Source: an uncultured Gammaproteobacteria bacterium | GTDB lineage: Bacteria; Patescibacteriota; Patescibacteriia; UBA9934 | Reading direction: 5' to 3' | NCBI GenBank assembly: GCA_964344145.1 | Contig: CAYFME010000008.1 | Coordinates: 1,913 to 65,912 of the forward strand | Length of the DNA: 64,000 nucleotides | Part shown: positions 17,846 to 28,421 of the stretch, piece by piece | Layout: each line of letters begins with the position of its first letter | How positions within the stretch are numbered: the first letter of the stretch is position 1 | Made by a program: the position numbers and the translations under genes | Notes under the pieces: generated by a model | The model's database searches: none | Seen by the model: only the letters and a program-made list of their open reading frames with translations | What the model was told of the DNA's origin: nothing

Positions 17846-18820
17846 ATGTCCCAGATCCTCTATAGACAAATTCGCCAGCAAATCGATCAGGCTGATCGCA
17901 TTTTGCTGCTGACGGATGAGCGTATCGACGGTGATACGCTTGGTTCGACGTTGGGGATGTATCACGTGTTGTTGGCGATGGGAAAGGACGTGACGGTCTA
18001 CTCGCCAAAGCCGCTGTCGGAGATGTTTGCCTTTTTGCCAGGATCTCAGGATATCGTACGCGATCCCACAATCTTTGCTGACGATACGATTGATTTGGTG
18101 ATGATCTTCGACTGCTCTGACGGCGAGTATATCCAGGAGCGCGATAAGATTCCTGCCATGAAGCGCCGCGTGCCGCTCGTCTCTTTTGATCATCACGCTA
18201 CCAACCCACGCTATGGCATGGTGAACCTCATTGAAGAGGATGCGGCCTCCACCGCTGATGTGGTGTGGCGATTTATTAAAGATCAGAAGCTACCGATGAA
18301 CAAGAACGCCGCGCAGTGCATCTTGACTGGTATTTGTCACGACACCGTTGCTTTTAGTACGACGAACACAACGGCCGCCTGCTTGAGTGCGGCGCACGAG
18401 TTGTCTGCGCATGGTGCACGGCTGCAGGAGATCGTGTATCACACGATGATGAATAAGTCCGTTGAGACGTTGAAGCTGTGGGGGTTGGCGTTTGAGCGTC
18501 TTCACTATAGTAAGGAGTTTGATGCGACCTGTACGGTGATTACGCTTGCGGATATTGAACGGTTGAATGTGAAGGAATCCGAAACGCGCAGTTTGATGGA
18601 TTTTCTAAATGTGATGCTCGATGCCGAGGATGTCATTCTGATTCTCAAAGAACGACCCGATGGATCAGTGAAAGGGTCATTGCGATCGCATACCCGTGAT
18701 GTATCTGAGCTTGCCAAGCAATACGGAGGAGGGGGGCACAAAAACGCGGCTGGCTTTAAAATCGAAAACGCCCACCTTCAGGAAAAGGATGGGTCGTGGA
18801 TCGTTGTTGAAGACAAGTGA
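17846..18820 (+). CDS. nrnA: Bifunctional oligoribonuclease / pAp phosphatase NrnA (DHH-DHHA1 family)
   Basis: DHH N-domain (FDHH at 18181 region) and C-terminal GGGGHKNAAGF DHHA1 motif. Confidence 0.85.
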   Translation: MSQILYRQIRQQIDQADRILLLTDERIDGDTLGSTLGMYHVLLAMGKDVTVYSPKPLSEMFAFLPGSQDIVRDPTIFADDTIDLVMIFDCSDGEYIQERDKIPAMKRRVPLVSFDHHATNPRYGMVNLIEEDAASTADVVWRFIKDQKLPMNKNAAQCILTGICHDTVAFSTTNTTAACLSAAHELSAHGARLQEIVYHTMMNKSVETLKLWGLAFERLHYSKEFDATCTVITLADIERLNVKESETRSLMDFLNVMLDAEDVILILKERPDGSVKGSLRSHTRDVSELAKQYGGGGHKNAAGFKIENAHLQEKDGSWIVVEDK

Positions 18821-19081
18821 TAAAGAGAGATGCGCCGCCGCGTCCTCAGGTGCAGCGGGGCACATGGGTCGCGACGGCGCGGCAACGAAGTGGGATCAGG
18901 TCCCGGACATTGCGGAGGCACTCCTCGAAGTCGGCCCAGGGGGAGGATGGGGCCGAGCGCTAGTAAGATACCATGAACGTGGCCTTTTGTCAAGTTTCTG
19001 TGAACAAAAAAAGGCATTTATCCCCTGTTTTAAAGGGGTTTTGTTGTTTATTAGCAGTCGTCGTGTTATTCTGCTAAGCGT

Positions 19082-19699
19082 ATGCAACAGCAAAACAATG
19101 ATATTCTTCCCGAAATTCGCTCACAGGTGCTTATTCCTACGGTTATTGAAAAAACCCACCATGGAGAGCGGGCGTATGACATTTATTCGCGCCTTTTGAA
19201 GGATCGCATCATCTTTCTTGGCTCTGCGATCGATGACACCATTGCTAACGCGGTCATTGCGCAGCTCTTGTTCCTTGAAAGCCAGGATAAGGACCGTGAT
19301 ATCAAGCTTTATATCAACTCCCCAGGAGGATCTGTCACGGCTGGATTAGCCATTTACGACACGATGCAATACATCAAACCGGATGTTTCTACGATCTGTG
19401 TTGGCTTGGCGGCATCCATGGGAGCAGTGCTTTTGACAGCAGGAGCTTCTGGAAAGCGTTTTGCTCTGCCAAACTCTGAGATCATGATCCACCAGGTTTT
19501 GGGCGGCGTTCAGGGACAGGCAACGGACATTAAGATCCATGCGGAACGTATCTTGCAGATGAAAGAATCACTGAACAAAATCATTGCCGATCACTCAGGG
19601 CAGCCTTTGAAGAAGGTGACAGATGATACAGAACGCGATAATTTCATGATCGCGAAGGACGCGGCAAAGTACGGTTTGATCGATAAAGTGATCAAATAG
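19082..19699 (+). CDS. clpP: ATP-dependent Clp protease proteolytic subunit
   Basis: [22 protein letters not shown]...[11 protein letters not shown]...IMIHQ is the ClpP Ser/His catalytic context. Confidence 0.9.
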   Translation: MQQQNNDILPEIRSQVLIPTVIEKTHHGERAYDIYSRLLKDRIIFLGSAIDDTIANAVIAQLLFLESQDKDRDIKLYINSPGGSVTAGLAIYDTMQYIKPDVSTICVGLAASMGAVLLTAGASGKRFALPNSEIMIHQVLGGVQGQATDIKIHAERILQMKESLNKIIADHSGQPLKKVTDDTERDNFMIAKDAAKYGLIDKVIK

Positions 19700-20250
19700 T
19701 CTCGCATTGAGGACAAAGGGTGGATAAGCTGTTTACAGGAGCTGAACGAAACCGTTTTTAGATTATTGTTTCTTTTCGATAAATTTTGTATACTAAGGGT
19801 GAGTTTTGTTAGCTATTGCTGAACAAAATAAGTGTACAAGGCTTGACAGAGGGGTGAAGCCGTGATAGAGTACAGCGTTCATTACCCTTTGTAATCTGCA
19901 GCCACGACAAGCATGGGGGTATATCAATTGTCTAATTCCGGCTCCGGCTGGTCCTATACCATCGATATATCTTCTTGGCTGCAGTTTGTAATGGGGAATG
20001 TCCCAGATTTGGCCATCTCGTTGTTGCGGGATGCGCCACTCGCTCAACGACCAGTATAGGTCGTCTCACGAGCTGGCTTTCCCGCGCCTAGAGCTGACCT
20101 AAATCTGAAACATTCCCACTATGTCGCCTGCGGGCGTTGTTTTGTTTTGCAAAAAGAAACACCCGCTTGTGCGGGGTTTCTAGCGGACTGGCTCCGGACT
20201 CATCATAGACATTTAAGCAGTTTATTTGTGAACTGTCAAACACATACTTC

Positions 20251-20320
20251 GGTGGACCCGTGGGGAGTTGAACCCCAGACTCTCGGATTGATGAGTCCAG
20301 AGCCGCAGCCCGCCGGGCCC
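20251..20320 (-). ncRNA. tRNA-like element (70 nt) with canonical acceptor stem and T-arm but aberrant D/anticodon region
   Basis: Minus strand GGGCCCG...TGGGG-TTCAACT-CCCCA-CGGGTCC-A-CC; the T-loop matches the T-Psi-C-A consensus; a 9-bp hairpin plus T-run terminator follows at about 20150-20190. Confidence 0.3.
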
Positions 20321-20888
20321 ACGGAAGCATGCGTTTAACACAAAAACTCTCCAGCTCATTAAGAGAGGAGAGTTTTCTTGTATATTCATTACCTCACTTT
20401 TGACGCGTTGCGTCAATGGCTTGTGTGGATCCAACAAACAAAACACGCTAGAGTTGGCGCTCCAGCGTGCTTGTTCCGCATATTTTGTTTAGCAACCTTA
20501 CACTTCAACGCCACAGTCATTTTATACAGAGTTTTGTCTCTGAAATTCATTTGATGACGAGGTTTAGTCCCCGTGTGGGCGTATTCGACCTCTCCGCCAT
20601 AGAGAGGGTTTCGAGTTGTTCGTCACTTTCCCGTACGAAGCGGGCAGTAGCCATTGACCCGTAAGCTGACGAAAGCATCGGCTTGGTTCGGCTGGTGAGG
20701 CTTACGCATCCTCTTCATTTCCGTTCGCGACTATCGGAAACCTTGGCCCAACTGCTTAGCTCCAAACGCACGGGTCGGTCAATAGGAGTTTCATAATATA
20801 TGAAAGTAGTTATTAACCGACCCTCATCGGATCGCTCCGAGGTTAGCATATTGGAAGCCCAAGTGTAAAGCTTTCTCGCTATGTTTTT

Positions 20889-22985
20889 TTACGCTTCGTC
20901 TTCGTCAATGGATGACTCTTCGTCGGCTGTATCTTCCTCCGCTTCTTCGGCGTCGCCATCGCCCTCTGGGTCTTCGTCTGTTTCATCGCCTTCAGCATCT
21001 TCATCCGTATCCTCCCCCGTATCTTCAGGACATTCCTCTTCATCAGGGTTACAACTTAGCTCTTCAACACCGACCAAGCAGATCCATGGAAGAGATCGGT
21101 ACGTTGAGGTGTAGGTCTTTGCGTGTTGCTCGCCTTCCTCGTAATCAACATAGTACGTGAAGCTCGCCGTTGCCCCCGGATGTGGTGACTGGCACTGTTC
21201 CTCGCCTGGAGCGAGGTCGAGCGTTTCAATATATTCCGTTTCCCCGTATCCAGTCCATGAGAGGATAACTGGCGCTGTGTAGTATCCCTCGCGACCGTCA
21301 GACGTTCCCCAGAATGTGAAGATCAACTCGTAGTTGTACAGATCAACCTCGGTTGTCAGCAAGACGTAGTTGTCCGTATCGTTGCGCATCTTGTAGTCCG
21401 GCGCTGGATCGTAGATCGTGGCATCGGTTCCCGGATTGCCGTTTGACGGATCGTTGTAGTAGGAGACAACAAGCGAGTGGTTACGTCGTTCAACAACCTC
21501 CAATCCTGCATTCATCGTCGCGCGGAACGTGGTCGTTCCAATCTGACAAAGTCCTCCGCCAACCTCAGGCTTGATCTCATCCCCTTTAATCACCAGCTCT
21601 GGCAAGTAGCCGTCGGCAACGGTGAATGGACCGAGTTCATCGATCAAAGATAGTGTTTCCCCTGGTGCTAGCAGGATTCCGTTGAGTTTTGATGCACCGT
21701 GGCGAATGTTTGAAACACGGTTGGCAGGGGAGCCGGAGAAGTCTGAGATACCAACGCCGAGAATCTCGTTGATACCCAAATTGTTCACGCTGTCAGTGGT
21801 GACGTCAGCCTCCGTTTCCATGGTGACGATTTCAACGGGCACAGGATTGTCATCTGGGCCGGCGATGCGCTCCTCAGAGTTTAGATCGCCGTGATACTCC
21901 TCAATATGTTCACCCCACACGTCCGCCAACGCTTCGATCGTTGCCTCTTCGTCAAACGTCACACCGCTTTGCGACCCTGAGAACTCTGTCACGCGGTCGC
22001 CTTCGATGGTGAAACGTGCATCGACGGGTTCGACGTCAACGGTTTCGTGAATCTCTTCGATGAAGTCCTCAAAGCCCTCACCGGCCAGCGCGAGAACCAG
22101 CTCATCGTCTTCCCACGCGGGAATGAGCCACGCTACGAGATCATCAAAATCAATCTCCCAGCTGTAATCACGATACGACTGTGATGTGTGGGTGAGCTCA
22201 TACGGCGCGTACCAAAGAATGTCTCGCAATTCGACCGTGAGCTCACGGCCAGCTTCCTCTTCGCTTACGTCTACCGATTGTTCGATGAGCGCGAGCTTAA
22301 TGGAATCTACGGCGAAGTTCTGTGCAGCTGACTCTAGGTCTGCAAAGAAGGTCTCAAAGTCAAAGATGGTTCCTGGTGTGCCTTCGATGATCTCGATGGC
22401 AATTGTGTGGCCTTCATAATACGCATCGTAGTGCGTTGGCTCACCCGGTTCTTCCAGCACATCTAGCTCGCGCGCGACGAGAAGTTCGCGAATCGTTTCT
22501 TCCAGCTCGTCTTCCAGCACGGTCACTTCTGGAAAGAGGGCGACGTTGTTATCAATGGCAAGAAAGACCGCTGACAGAGCGTCAAAAATAGGCCGATCGG
22601 ATCGCGCCACGTTGTACGCTTCCTCAACCACCCCGTCTACGTCGACATAGAGGCGATCGCTGATAAGATCCGGATCATCCGCTCCTGAAGCGCGCAGGTC
22701 GATGGTAAGTGTTTGTCCTTCGACCTCCACAACAAGGCCGTCATCAAGCATGGTCTGTAGCTGCTCATCAACGAGTTGATACGCCTCCTCCTGCGTCATG
22801 CCACCGACGTTCATGGAGTCGATCCAGACGTTTGGATAAATCTTGCCTTCATACGCCTTCACGTAAGCGAAGGTGCCGGCGCTGATCAAAAAGAGGATGC
22901 CGATCACAACACCACCGACCACGAGGATCGGTGTTTTCTTGTTTTGCCATCCAGAACGGACGTGATCTAGCAGATTATGCTCCAT
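20889..22985 (-). CDS. VanW-family protein with N-terminal TM anchor and acidic C-terminal tail
   Basis: Conserved VanW motif PEVGGGLCQIGTTTFRA; start MEHNLL at 22985 with GGGAGGAG RBS; D/E-rich C-terminus. Confidence 0.75.
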   Translation of the reverse strand: MEHNLLDHVRSGWQNKKTPILVVGGVVIGILFLISAGTFAYVKAYEGKIYPNVWIDSMNVGGMTQEEAYQLVDEQLQTMLDDGLVVEVEGQTLTIDLRASGADDPDLISDRLYVDVDGVVEEAYNVARSDRPIFDALSAVFLAIDNNVALFPEVTVLEDELEETIRELLVARELDVLEEPGEPTHYDAYYEGHTIAIEIIEGTPGTIFDFETFFADLESAAQNFAVDSIKLALIEQSVDVSEEEAGRELTVELRDILWYAPYELTHTSQSYRDYSWEIDFDDLVAWLIPAWEDDELVLALAGEGFEDFIEEIHETVDVEPVDARFTIEGDRVTEFSGSQSGVTFDEEATIEALADVWGEHIEEYHGDLNSEERIAGPDDNPVPVEIVTMETEADVTTDSVNNLGINEILGVGISDFSGSPANRVSNIRHGASKLNGILLAPGETLSLIDELGPFTVADGYLPELVIKGDEIKPEVGGGLCQIGTTTFRATMNAGLEVVERRNHSLVVSYYNDPSNGNPGTDATIYDPAPDYKMRNDTDNYVLLTTEVDLYNYELIFTFWGTSDGREGYYTAPVILSWTGYGETEYIETLDLAPGEEQCQSPHPGATASFTYYVDYEEGEQHAKTYTSTYRSLPWICLVGVEELSCNPDEEECPEDTGEDTDEDAEGDETDEDPEGDGDAEEAEEDTADEESSIDEDEA

Positions 22986-22986
22986 A

Positions 22987-23370
22987 CTATTCAAGCTCCT
23001 CCCTGACGGGTACGACCATCTCACCATGTGCCTTGGGTATGGTCAATGTCAGGACACCGTTTTTCACTACAGCATCAGCCTCGTCTGCTTTGACGTGTGT
23101 TGGTAGGACGATCGATCGTGAGAAGACGCCCCAGAAACATTCTTGAAAATGCACTGTCGATTGGTCGACTTCCTTCATGTTTTTGCGCTCGCCGCGAATG
23201 GTCACCAAGTCACCTGTCACATGCACATCCAACTCTTCTGGCTTCACGCCAGCAATCGCCGAGCGGATGATGATCTGCTCGGGTGTTTCAATAACGTCCA
23301 CGGCCAACTGACCCTCTTGGGTGTCAAAGGCAAATGGGCTATCTAAGTTGGAGTCGGCGAATGTATTCAT
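22987..23370 (-). CDS. Hsp20/alpha-crystallin family small heat-shock protein
   Basis: LAVDVIETPEQIIIRSAIAGVKPEELDVHVTGDLVTIRGERK...VLTLTIPK is an alpha-crystallin domain. Confidence 0.8.
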   Translation of the reverse strand: MNTFADSNLDSPFAFDTQEGQLAVDVIETPEQIIIRSAIAGVKPEELDVHVTGDLVTIRGERKNMKEVDQSTVHFQECFWGVFSRSIVLPTHVKADEADAVVKNGVLTLTIPKAHGEMVVPVREELE

Positions 23371-24034
23371 ACAGAGGACCGAGGATCAGACCAACGCCCA
23401 GCGACCAGATGATCAGATCACTGGGCACAGATCCAATCGAACCGGAAGATTCAACAACGCTGATGGCGATCGGTAGACCAGTAAAGACGGCAGCAAGCTC
23501 ACCGGCGAGGAAAACGATGAAGCCTGTCAACAAGGCACTCGCGATGGCATCGTAGAGCAGATCGTGTCGGTGACTCACAACGTAGATGGTCAGCATGACG
23601 GCTGCGAGTAGTACTGAGCCGGCCAAGCTGACGGAAAAGGCAAGGGTGAGCAGGAGGGTCATCCAAACAAAGAACAACAGGGCAAGGAGGAGGCGGATGA
23701 GCCACCACTGCGCAAGCGATTCGATCGACTCGCGACGTTTCTTGCTCGGCAGAAGGTGGTAGTGCTTTCCAAGCACGGCGTGGAAGAGTACGCCGGCGAG
23801 GCTGGCAATCACATAGGTGAACAGCAGGTCCGCGAAGGTCAGCTGCGAGAAGCCGTAAGAGGCATCGGTGCCTTGAAGAACCGTGAACGACAATGGTAGC
23901 AGGAAGAGACCAAGGACTCCCAAGGCGAGCATCTCAAGACGCAGCTCGCGTTCGTGAATAAAGAGCACAACCCAAAGGACGACCAGTAGGCCGGTCGTGA
24001 GTTCATAGGTAGAAAACACCTCCAACATATGCAC
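23339..24034 (-). CDS. Polytopic membrane protein (hypothetical)
   Basis: 6-7 predicted TM helices; 3' end overlaps the hsp20 start. Confidence 0.5.
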   Translation of the reverse strand: MHMLEVFSTYELTTGLLVVLWVVLFIHERELRLEMLALGVLGLFLLPLSFTVLQGTDASYGFSQLTFADLLFTYVIASLAGVLFHAVLGKHYHLLPSKKRRESIESLAQWWLIRLLLALLFFVWMTLLLTLAFSVSLAGSVLLAAVMLTIYVVSHRHDLLYDAIASALLTGFIVFLAGELAAVFTGLPIAISVVESSGSIGSVPSDLIIWSLGVGLILGPLYEYIRRLQLR

Positions 24035-24074
24035 GCATTATAAGTCGAATGCGCTTCTGATACAATGCACGTAT

Positions 24075-26114
24075 ATGAAAGATCGACTTCTTTTGCTTGT
24101 GTTGATGGTGGCGGCGTTGTCCGTGGCCGCGGTTGGGTTCTTCGCATGGATTGGAAGACCGTCGATTGAAGTGGTCGATGATGCGCCAATTCGCTATAGC
24201 GCCGGCGAGGATGAGCCTGGAGTGTCGATCGATTTAGCGCTTGTTGGGGAGTATGACCTTAACGACCTTCTTGGTTTCCCTGAAGGAAATACGCTGAAGA
24301 TGCACGACGTGTGTTGGGATGATGAGCTGCAGCAGGGGTATGCCGTGGGGATCATGAGTCCTGAGATTGCGGTGTTTGATGCGACTGGAGAGGTGATTGG
24401 CTATATCGACACAGGTATTGGTGAAGGAGATTTTTCTCTTAAGTACATCACGTGTGATGGCGGACGAGCCTATGTGGCTGACGAGAATACGCTGGTGCGC
24501 ATTGATGGCGAGGCTATGGAGGTTGAGGCGAGCACCCGCCTGCGCGAGCCTCTGTTTGTCAACGAGATCTACTATGACAACGTCGGATACCTCCTCATTC
24601 CAAATCCGACAGATCTAACGATCGAGATGTTTCATTCTGACCTTCGGGTGATCGAGAGTCTTCCGTATGATTTGTCTGACATTTTCTATACAGCCGAGGG
24701 TGATTTGGTAGTGTTGGAGATTGGTGAGAATGCAGCGACGTTTCCTGTGACGATTTTGAGTGGTCAGAGTTTGCTGCCGCTTCAGGAGATGACGCTGGAC
24801 ATTGGCGCGCGCGTTGAGGATTCCGCATACGATCCGGACCTGAATGATTTGTGGGTGCTGACCAGTGACCGCGTGCTCGTGTTTGATCTTGACGATCCTG
24901 CGGCACGTCCGGACGTTGTGCGCGTTGTGCCAGATCCGGCGGAGATCGACTACGGCGGAGGTATGGTCGCGGTCATTACGCACAACGGCTACGACGATGA
25001 GGTGTCGGGCGGGTTCCGCGGGGGTATTTCGATCATCGAGGCCGAAACGCGTAAAGAAGTCGACCGGCAGGAGCTCGAGCACATTCACAAGTCGCTCGAT
25101 GTAGACGCTGCTGGTGAATATGTATACGTCACAAGTAATAACGACAACTCGGTCATGCGCATCAACATGCATGACAGCTCCATTCTGGAGATCGATGCCG
25201 GAACGTCAGCTGAGCATGGTGTGGTGAGCGCTGATGGTGATGTGTTTGTAGCAAATCGTTTGGGTGGTAGTACATTGGTGCAGTTAAGCAGTGACGGTGA
25301 GCTTGTGCGAGACATCGACGTTGAGAACTGGCCTGTTGGAAGCGCGTACTCGCAAGGGCTCGACACCGTGTATGCGTATACGATGTTAAGCGGCGAGGTG
25401 CTGGCGATTGATCCGGCATCAGGCGAGGTGGTTGATCGGTTTGATCTTGGCGTTGGCGAGGCGGAGACCGACGGTATCGGTCATCTGTCGCTTGATCAGA
25501 CGGACCTCCTTTTGTACGTGACGATTCCGGAACAGAATGAAGTGGTGGTCGTTGACGCGAAGAGCGGCCGCGTTGTTGAGGTCATCTATGTTGAGGACTA
25601 TCTTGATGACTACACCGACCTCGCGGGTGCGGGCATGTTGGTCACGCAACCGCATGAGCCCTCAGGGCGTGTGTTCGTGTACGCGCATGGCGCTCACAGC
25701 GTGTACGTCTACGATCGTCACCTCGACTATGCCCTCGTCGGTACGATCGAGGAGATCACCTCGCAGGGCATCAAAGACCACGCGTACGCCCTGTTTGTTG
25801 ATCAGGGACGTGATGTTCTGTACGTTGGTGAGCAAATGTACGATGTGTATTCGCTCGAGCATCTTGGTGAGCTTTCGTATGGAAACAATGTTGCCGCCAT
25901 CGACTACGAACGTGATTTCATGATGACAGCTGACGTTGATAGCGATGGTCAGGAGACGTTGTACGTGCTGACGCGCGCGGGTGCGTACGTGGATCAGATT
26001 CGTCTGTTTGATGATCAGTACGTGAAGGCACGGTTTGCCTACGATCAGCATCTTGGCGTGCTGTGGGCGTTTTCGATGGCAGATGCTAAGGTAATGAAAA
26101 TCGAACTGTTTTAG
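24075..26114 (+). CDS. Exported beta-propeller repeat protein (YVTN/PQQ-like repeats), N-terminal signal anchor
   Basis: Signal anchor LLLLVLMVAALSVAAVGFFAW; recurring D-G-x-YV/-T-N-type repeats (YVADENT, YVTSNNDNS, VFVANRLGG, LYVTIPEQN). Confidence 0.6.
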   Translation: MKDRLLLLVLMVAALSVAAVGFFAWIGRPSIEVVDDAPIRYSAGEDEPGVSIDLALVGEYDLNDLLGFPEGNTLKMHDVCWDDELQQGYAVGIMSPEIAVFDATGEVIGYIDTGIGEGDFSLKYITCDGGRAYVADENTLVRIDGEAMEVEASTRLREPLFVNEIYYDNVGYLLIPNPTDLTIEMFHSDLRVIESLPYDLSDIFYTAEGDLVVLEIGENAATFPVTILSGQSLLPLQEMTLDIGARVEDSAYDPDLNDLWVLTSDRVLVFDLDDPAARPDVVRVVPDPAEIDYGGGMVAVITHNGYDDEVSGGFRGGISIIEAETRKEVDRQELEHIHKSLDVDAAGEYVYVTSNNDNSVMRINMHDSSILEIDAGTSAEHGVVSADGDVFVANRLGGSTLVQLSSDGELVRDIDVENWPVGSAYSQGLDTVYAYTMLSGEVLAIDPASGEVVDRFDLGVGEAETDGIGHLSLDQTDLLLYVTIPEQNEVVVVDAKSGRVVEVIYVEDYLDDYTDLAGAGMLVTQPHEPSGRVFVYAHGAHSVYVYDRHLDYALVGTIEEITSQGIKDHAYALFVDQGRDVLYVGEQMYDVYSLEHLGELSYGNNVAAIDYERDFMMTADVDSDGQETLYVLTRAGAYVDQIRLFDDQYVKARFAYDQHLGVLWAFSMADAKVMKIELF

Positions 26115-26873
26115 ATGAAAAAGGTGAGACAACTTAGCGGCAAAACCTTGGAGCTTTTAGGGCTTAAGGAAAAAGACATGCAGGTGTACAAAGCGCTGTT
26201 GTCGTTGTCATCGGCACCGCTTCGGCGGGTGGCGCAAGAGACAGGCTTGAATCGTGGAACAACCTACGATGCGCTGAAGCGGTTGATGGATGCGGGGTTG
26301 GTGAGTTTCGTTGACGCGAAGGCGCATCGCTATTTCACCGCCGAGGATCCTAACAAGCTTCGTGGCCTTGCCACGCGACGGGAGCTTGAGATGAAGAAGG
26401 CTCGCGAGCAGCTCGACGCCGCCTTGCCGGGACTGCAGAGTCTTGTTGGTCAGAGCGAGCACCGACCATCAGTGCGTTACTATGAAGGGAAGGCTGGAGT
26501 GAAAGATATTTTGCTTGATGTTCTTGCGCAAACAAAAGCGACGCGTGAGAAAACGTATCGCGTGTACTCAAGCTCGGGTATTCGTGATCTCATCGGCTCG
26601 GCATGGCCACGCTTTAGCACGCAGCGAAAGAAGGAGGGCATTCGTGTGCGTGCGATCGCCTTGGGGGAAGGTGGTCGTACGGTTGGATTGGACGAGCGCA
26701 AGTGGCTCACGCAAAAAGAGTCCGCACCGACGTATATTTTTATCTATGCAAACAAGACGGCGTACGTATCGCTGGATGATCGCAAGCGATTGTTCGGCGT
26801 GATTATCGAAGACGGCGCCATCTCCAAAACACAGCGCATGATTTTCGATTCGCTCTGGCGGAATTTGAGCTAA
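26115..26873 (+). CDS. TrmB-family transcriptional regulator (winged-helix)
   Basis: N-terminal HTH LELLGLKEKDMQVYKALLSLSSAPLRRVAQETGLNRGTTYDALKRL typical of TrmB; start overlaps upstream stop. Confidence 0.7.
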   Translation: MKKVRQLSGKTLELLGLKEKDMQVYKALLSLSSAPLRRVAQETGLNRGTTYDALKRLMDAGLVSFVDAKAHRYFTAEDPNKLRGLATRRELEMKKAREQLDAALPGLQSLVGQSEHRPSVRYYEGKAGVKDILLDVLAQTKATREKTYRVYSSSGIRDLIGSAWPRFSTQRKKEGIRVRAIALGEGGRTVGLDERKWLTQKESAPTYIFIYANKTAYVSLDDRKRLFGVIIEDGAISKTQRMIFDSLWRNLS

Positions 26874-26905
26874 CGCGGTATTCTTTTTTTATAACTCTTC
26901 CCCTT

Positions 26906-28249
26906 TTGCGTATGCGTACACATGTTTTATGTTGGCGATCGCTTGTTGGCGTCGCTATTTTGTTTACGATGGCTGCAGCACCGATGCTTGCTGGTGCCGC
27001 AACATTCCCCGTCCCAGATGGAGTCGATAGCCAAGAGATCGGTTCTTCCGAGTTGGGAAATGGTTGGGAGCCAAGCGGCATTGTGTGGCACGAAGCACGC
27101 GGCACCTATATTCTTGTCAGTGACGACGGTATTGTCGCCGAGCTTTCAACGTCAGGAGAGTTGTTGAATCATTGGTCTGGCCTTGGCTATGACCTCGAAG
27201 GTGTGACAGTCGCCGACAGCGCGAGCTCTCTTGTTTATCTTGCAGCCGAGCGTCGAGGATTGATTCTCGAGTTCGATCTGTCATCTGCGTCGTTGACCGG
27301 AACGGCCTGGGACGTGTCAGCGTGGTTACCAAACACCGACTCCAACCTCGGCCTTGAGGCGTTGACCTTCGTGCCAGACGGCGTGCATCCGTACGATGAT
27401 ACGTCCTTTGGTGGAGTCTTCTACGCTGGACTTCAGGAAAATGGAAACATCTACGTCTTCTCCGTCGATGATGGTCCAGCCCACTTGGACACGATGGAAT
27501 CGGAATGGTGGCTGACGGATATCTCCGGGCTTTCCTACGACAATGCAACTGGCTACCTTGTTGCGATTCACGATGGCTACAACCTTGGACGCTTGTACAC
27601 GCCAGCCGGAGCGTTTATTGCGGACATGGATTTGCCAGGCGACAACCAAGAAGGTGTAGCAACACACGTTTCGTGTCCCGATGCCGTTTTGCAGGTGACG
27701 ATTGCCGAGGATGCTGGATCTGGAGCGTCAGAGGTATGGGTCTATGGTTATGACGACGTTCCAATCTCGCCTGTACACTGTCCTGAGGTTGAGGCAGAAG
27801 AGCCTGAAGAGGTGTGTGTTGATGTGCCAGCAGATACCTCCAGCGTGAAGTACGCCGCAACGACCGACTGTCAGTATCTCGTTGAGTCTAACGGCCGATA
27901 CGTATTTGTGTACGATATCGATGGTGATCGTGTTGCTCGACGCTACCTCTACCGAAAAGTGCCAGGAGCATTTGATTTGGCAGTGAGCGACCTCTACAGC
28001 GATGGAGTGGATGACATTCTTGTCGCGAACATGCCGCCAAAGCGTAGCAACGGACGTCTCTCGGTTCTGCAGTTTGACGGCTCGAGCCTCACGAAGACGG
28101 GATTTGCAAAGACGCCAGTATCGTCTGATCGCGCGGCCGAGATCGAACACGTTGACGATCAGTTTGGTAGCGTGATTGTGAACTTCGGATCAGACCAGGT
28201 GATGTTTGGTGTGTACAAAGATGGAAAGGCAGCAGTTGCCGAGTACTAG
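26906..28249 (+). CDS. Secreted repeat protein (hypothetical; possibly SdiA-regulated/phytase-like beta-propeller)
   Basis: Signal peptide VGVAILFTMAAAPMLAGAAT; EPSGIVWH and ISGLSYD-type motifs; family assignment uncertain. Confidence 0.5.
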   Translation: MRMRTHVLCWRSLVGVAILFTMAAAPMLAGAATFPVPDGVDSQEIGSSELGNGWEPSGIVWHEARGTYILVSDDGIVAELSTSGELLNHWSGLGYDLEGVTVADSASSLVYLAAERRGLILEFDLSSASLTGTAWDVSAWLPNTDSNLGLEALTFVPDGVHPYDDTSFGGVFYAGLQENGNIYVFSVDDGPAHLDTMESEWWLTDISGLSYDNATGYLVAIHDGYNLGRLYTPAGAFIADMDLPGDNQEGVATHVSCPDAVLQVTIAEDAGSGASEVWVYGYDDVPISPVHCPEVEAEEPEEVCVDVPADTSSVKYAATTDCQYLVESNGRYVFVYDIDGDRVARRYLYRKVPGAFDLAVSDLYSDGVDDILVANMPPKRSNGRLSVLQFDGSSLTKTGFAKTPVSSDRAAEIEHVDDQFGSVIVNFGSDQVMFGVYKDGKAAVAEY

Positions 28250-28421
28250 ACGAGTCATATATCAAGTCCTGTAGGGCCAACAACACCCACTGTATAAGTG
28301 GGTGTTTGTTGTTGTTTATGCACGCATCATGCCTTGACAGAAGGCGTTTTTTCGTGTAACGTATCAGTCGCTGCTCTTTTATTGACTTGCATTGGTGAGC
28401 TCAACTTCAACGAGGTTTCCC

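Noticed and set aside
20251-20320. Interpretation as the 3' end of a standard one-piece tmRNA (also considered for 62963-63040)
   Set aside because: The matching 5' acceptor strand lies only about 60-70 nt upstream rather than about 300 nt, and no tag-reading-frame or pseudoknot region could be identified by eye. Left as tRNA-like elements pending covariance-model searches.
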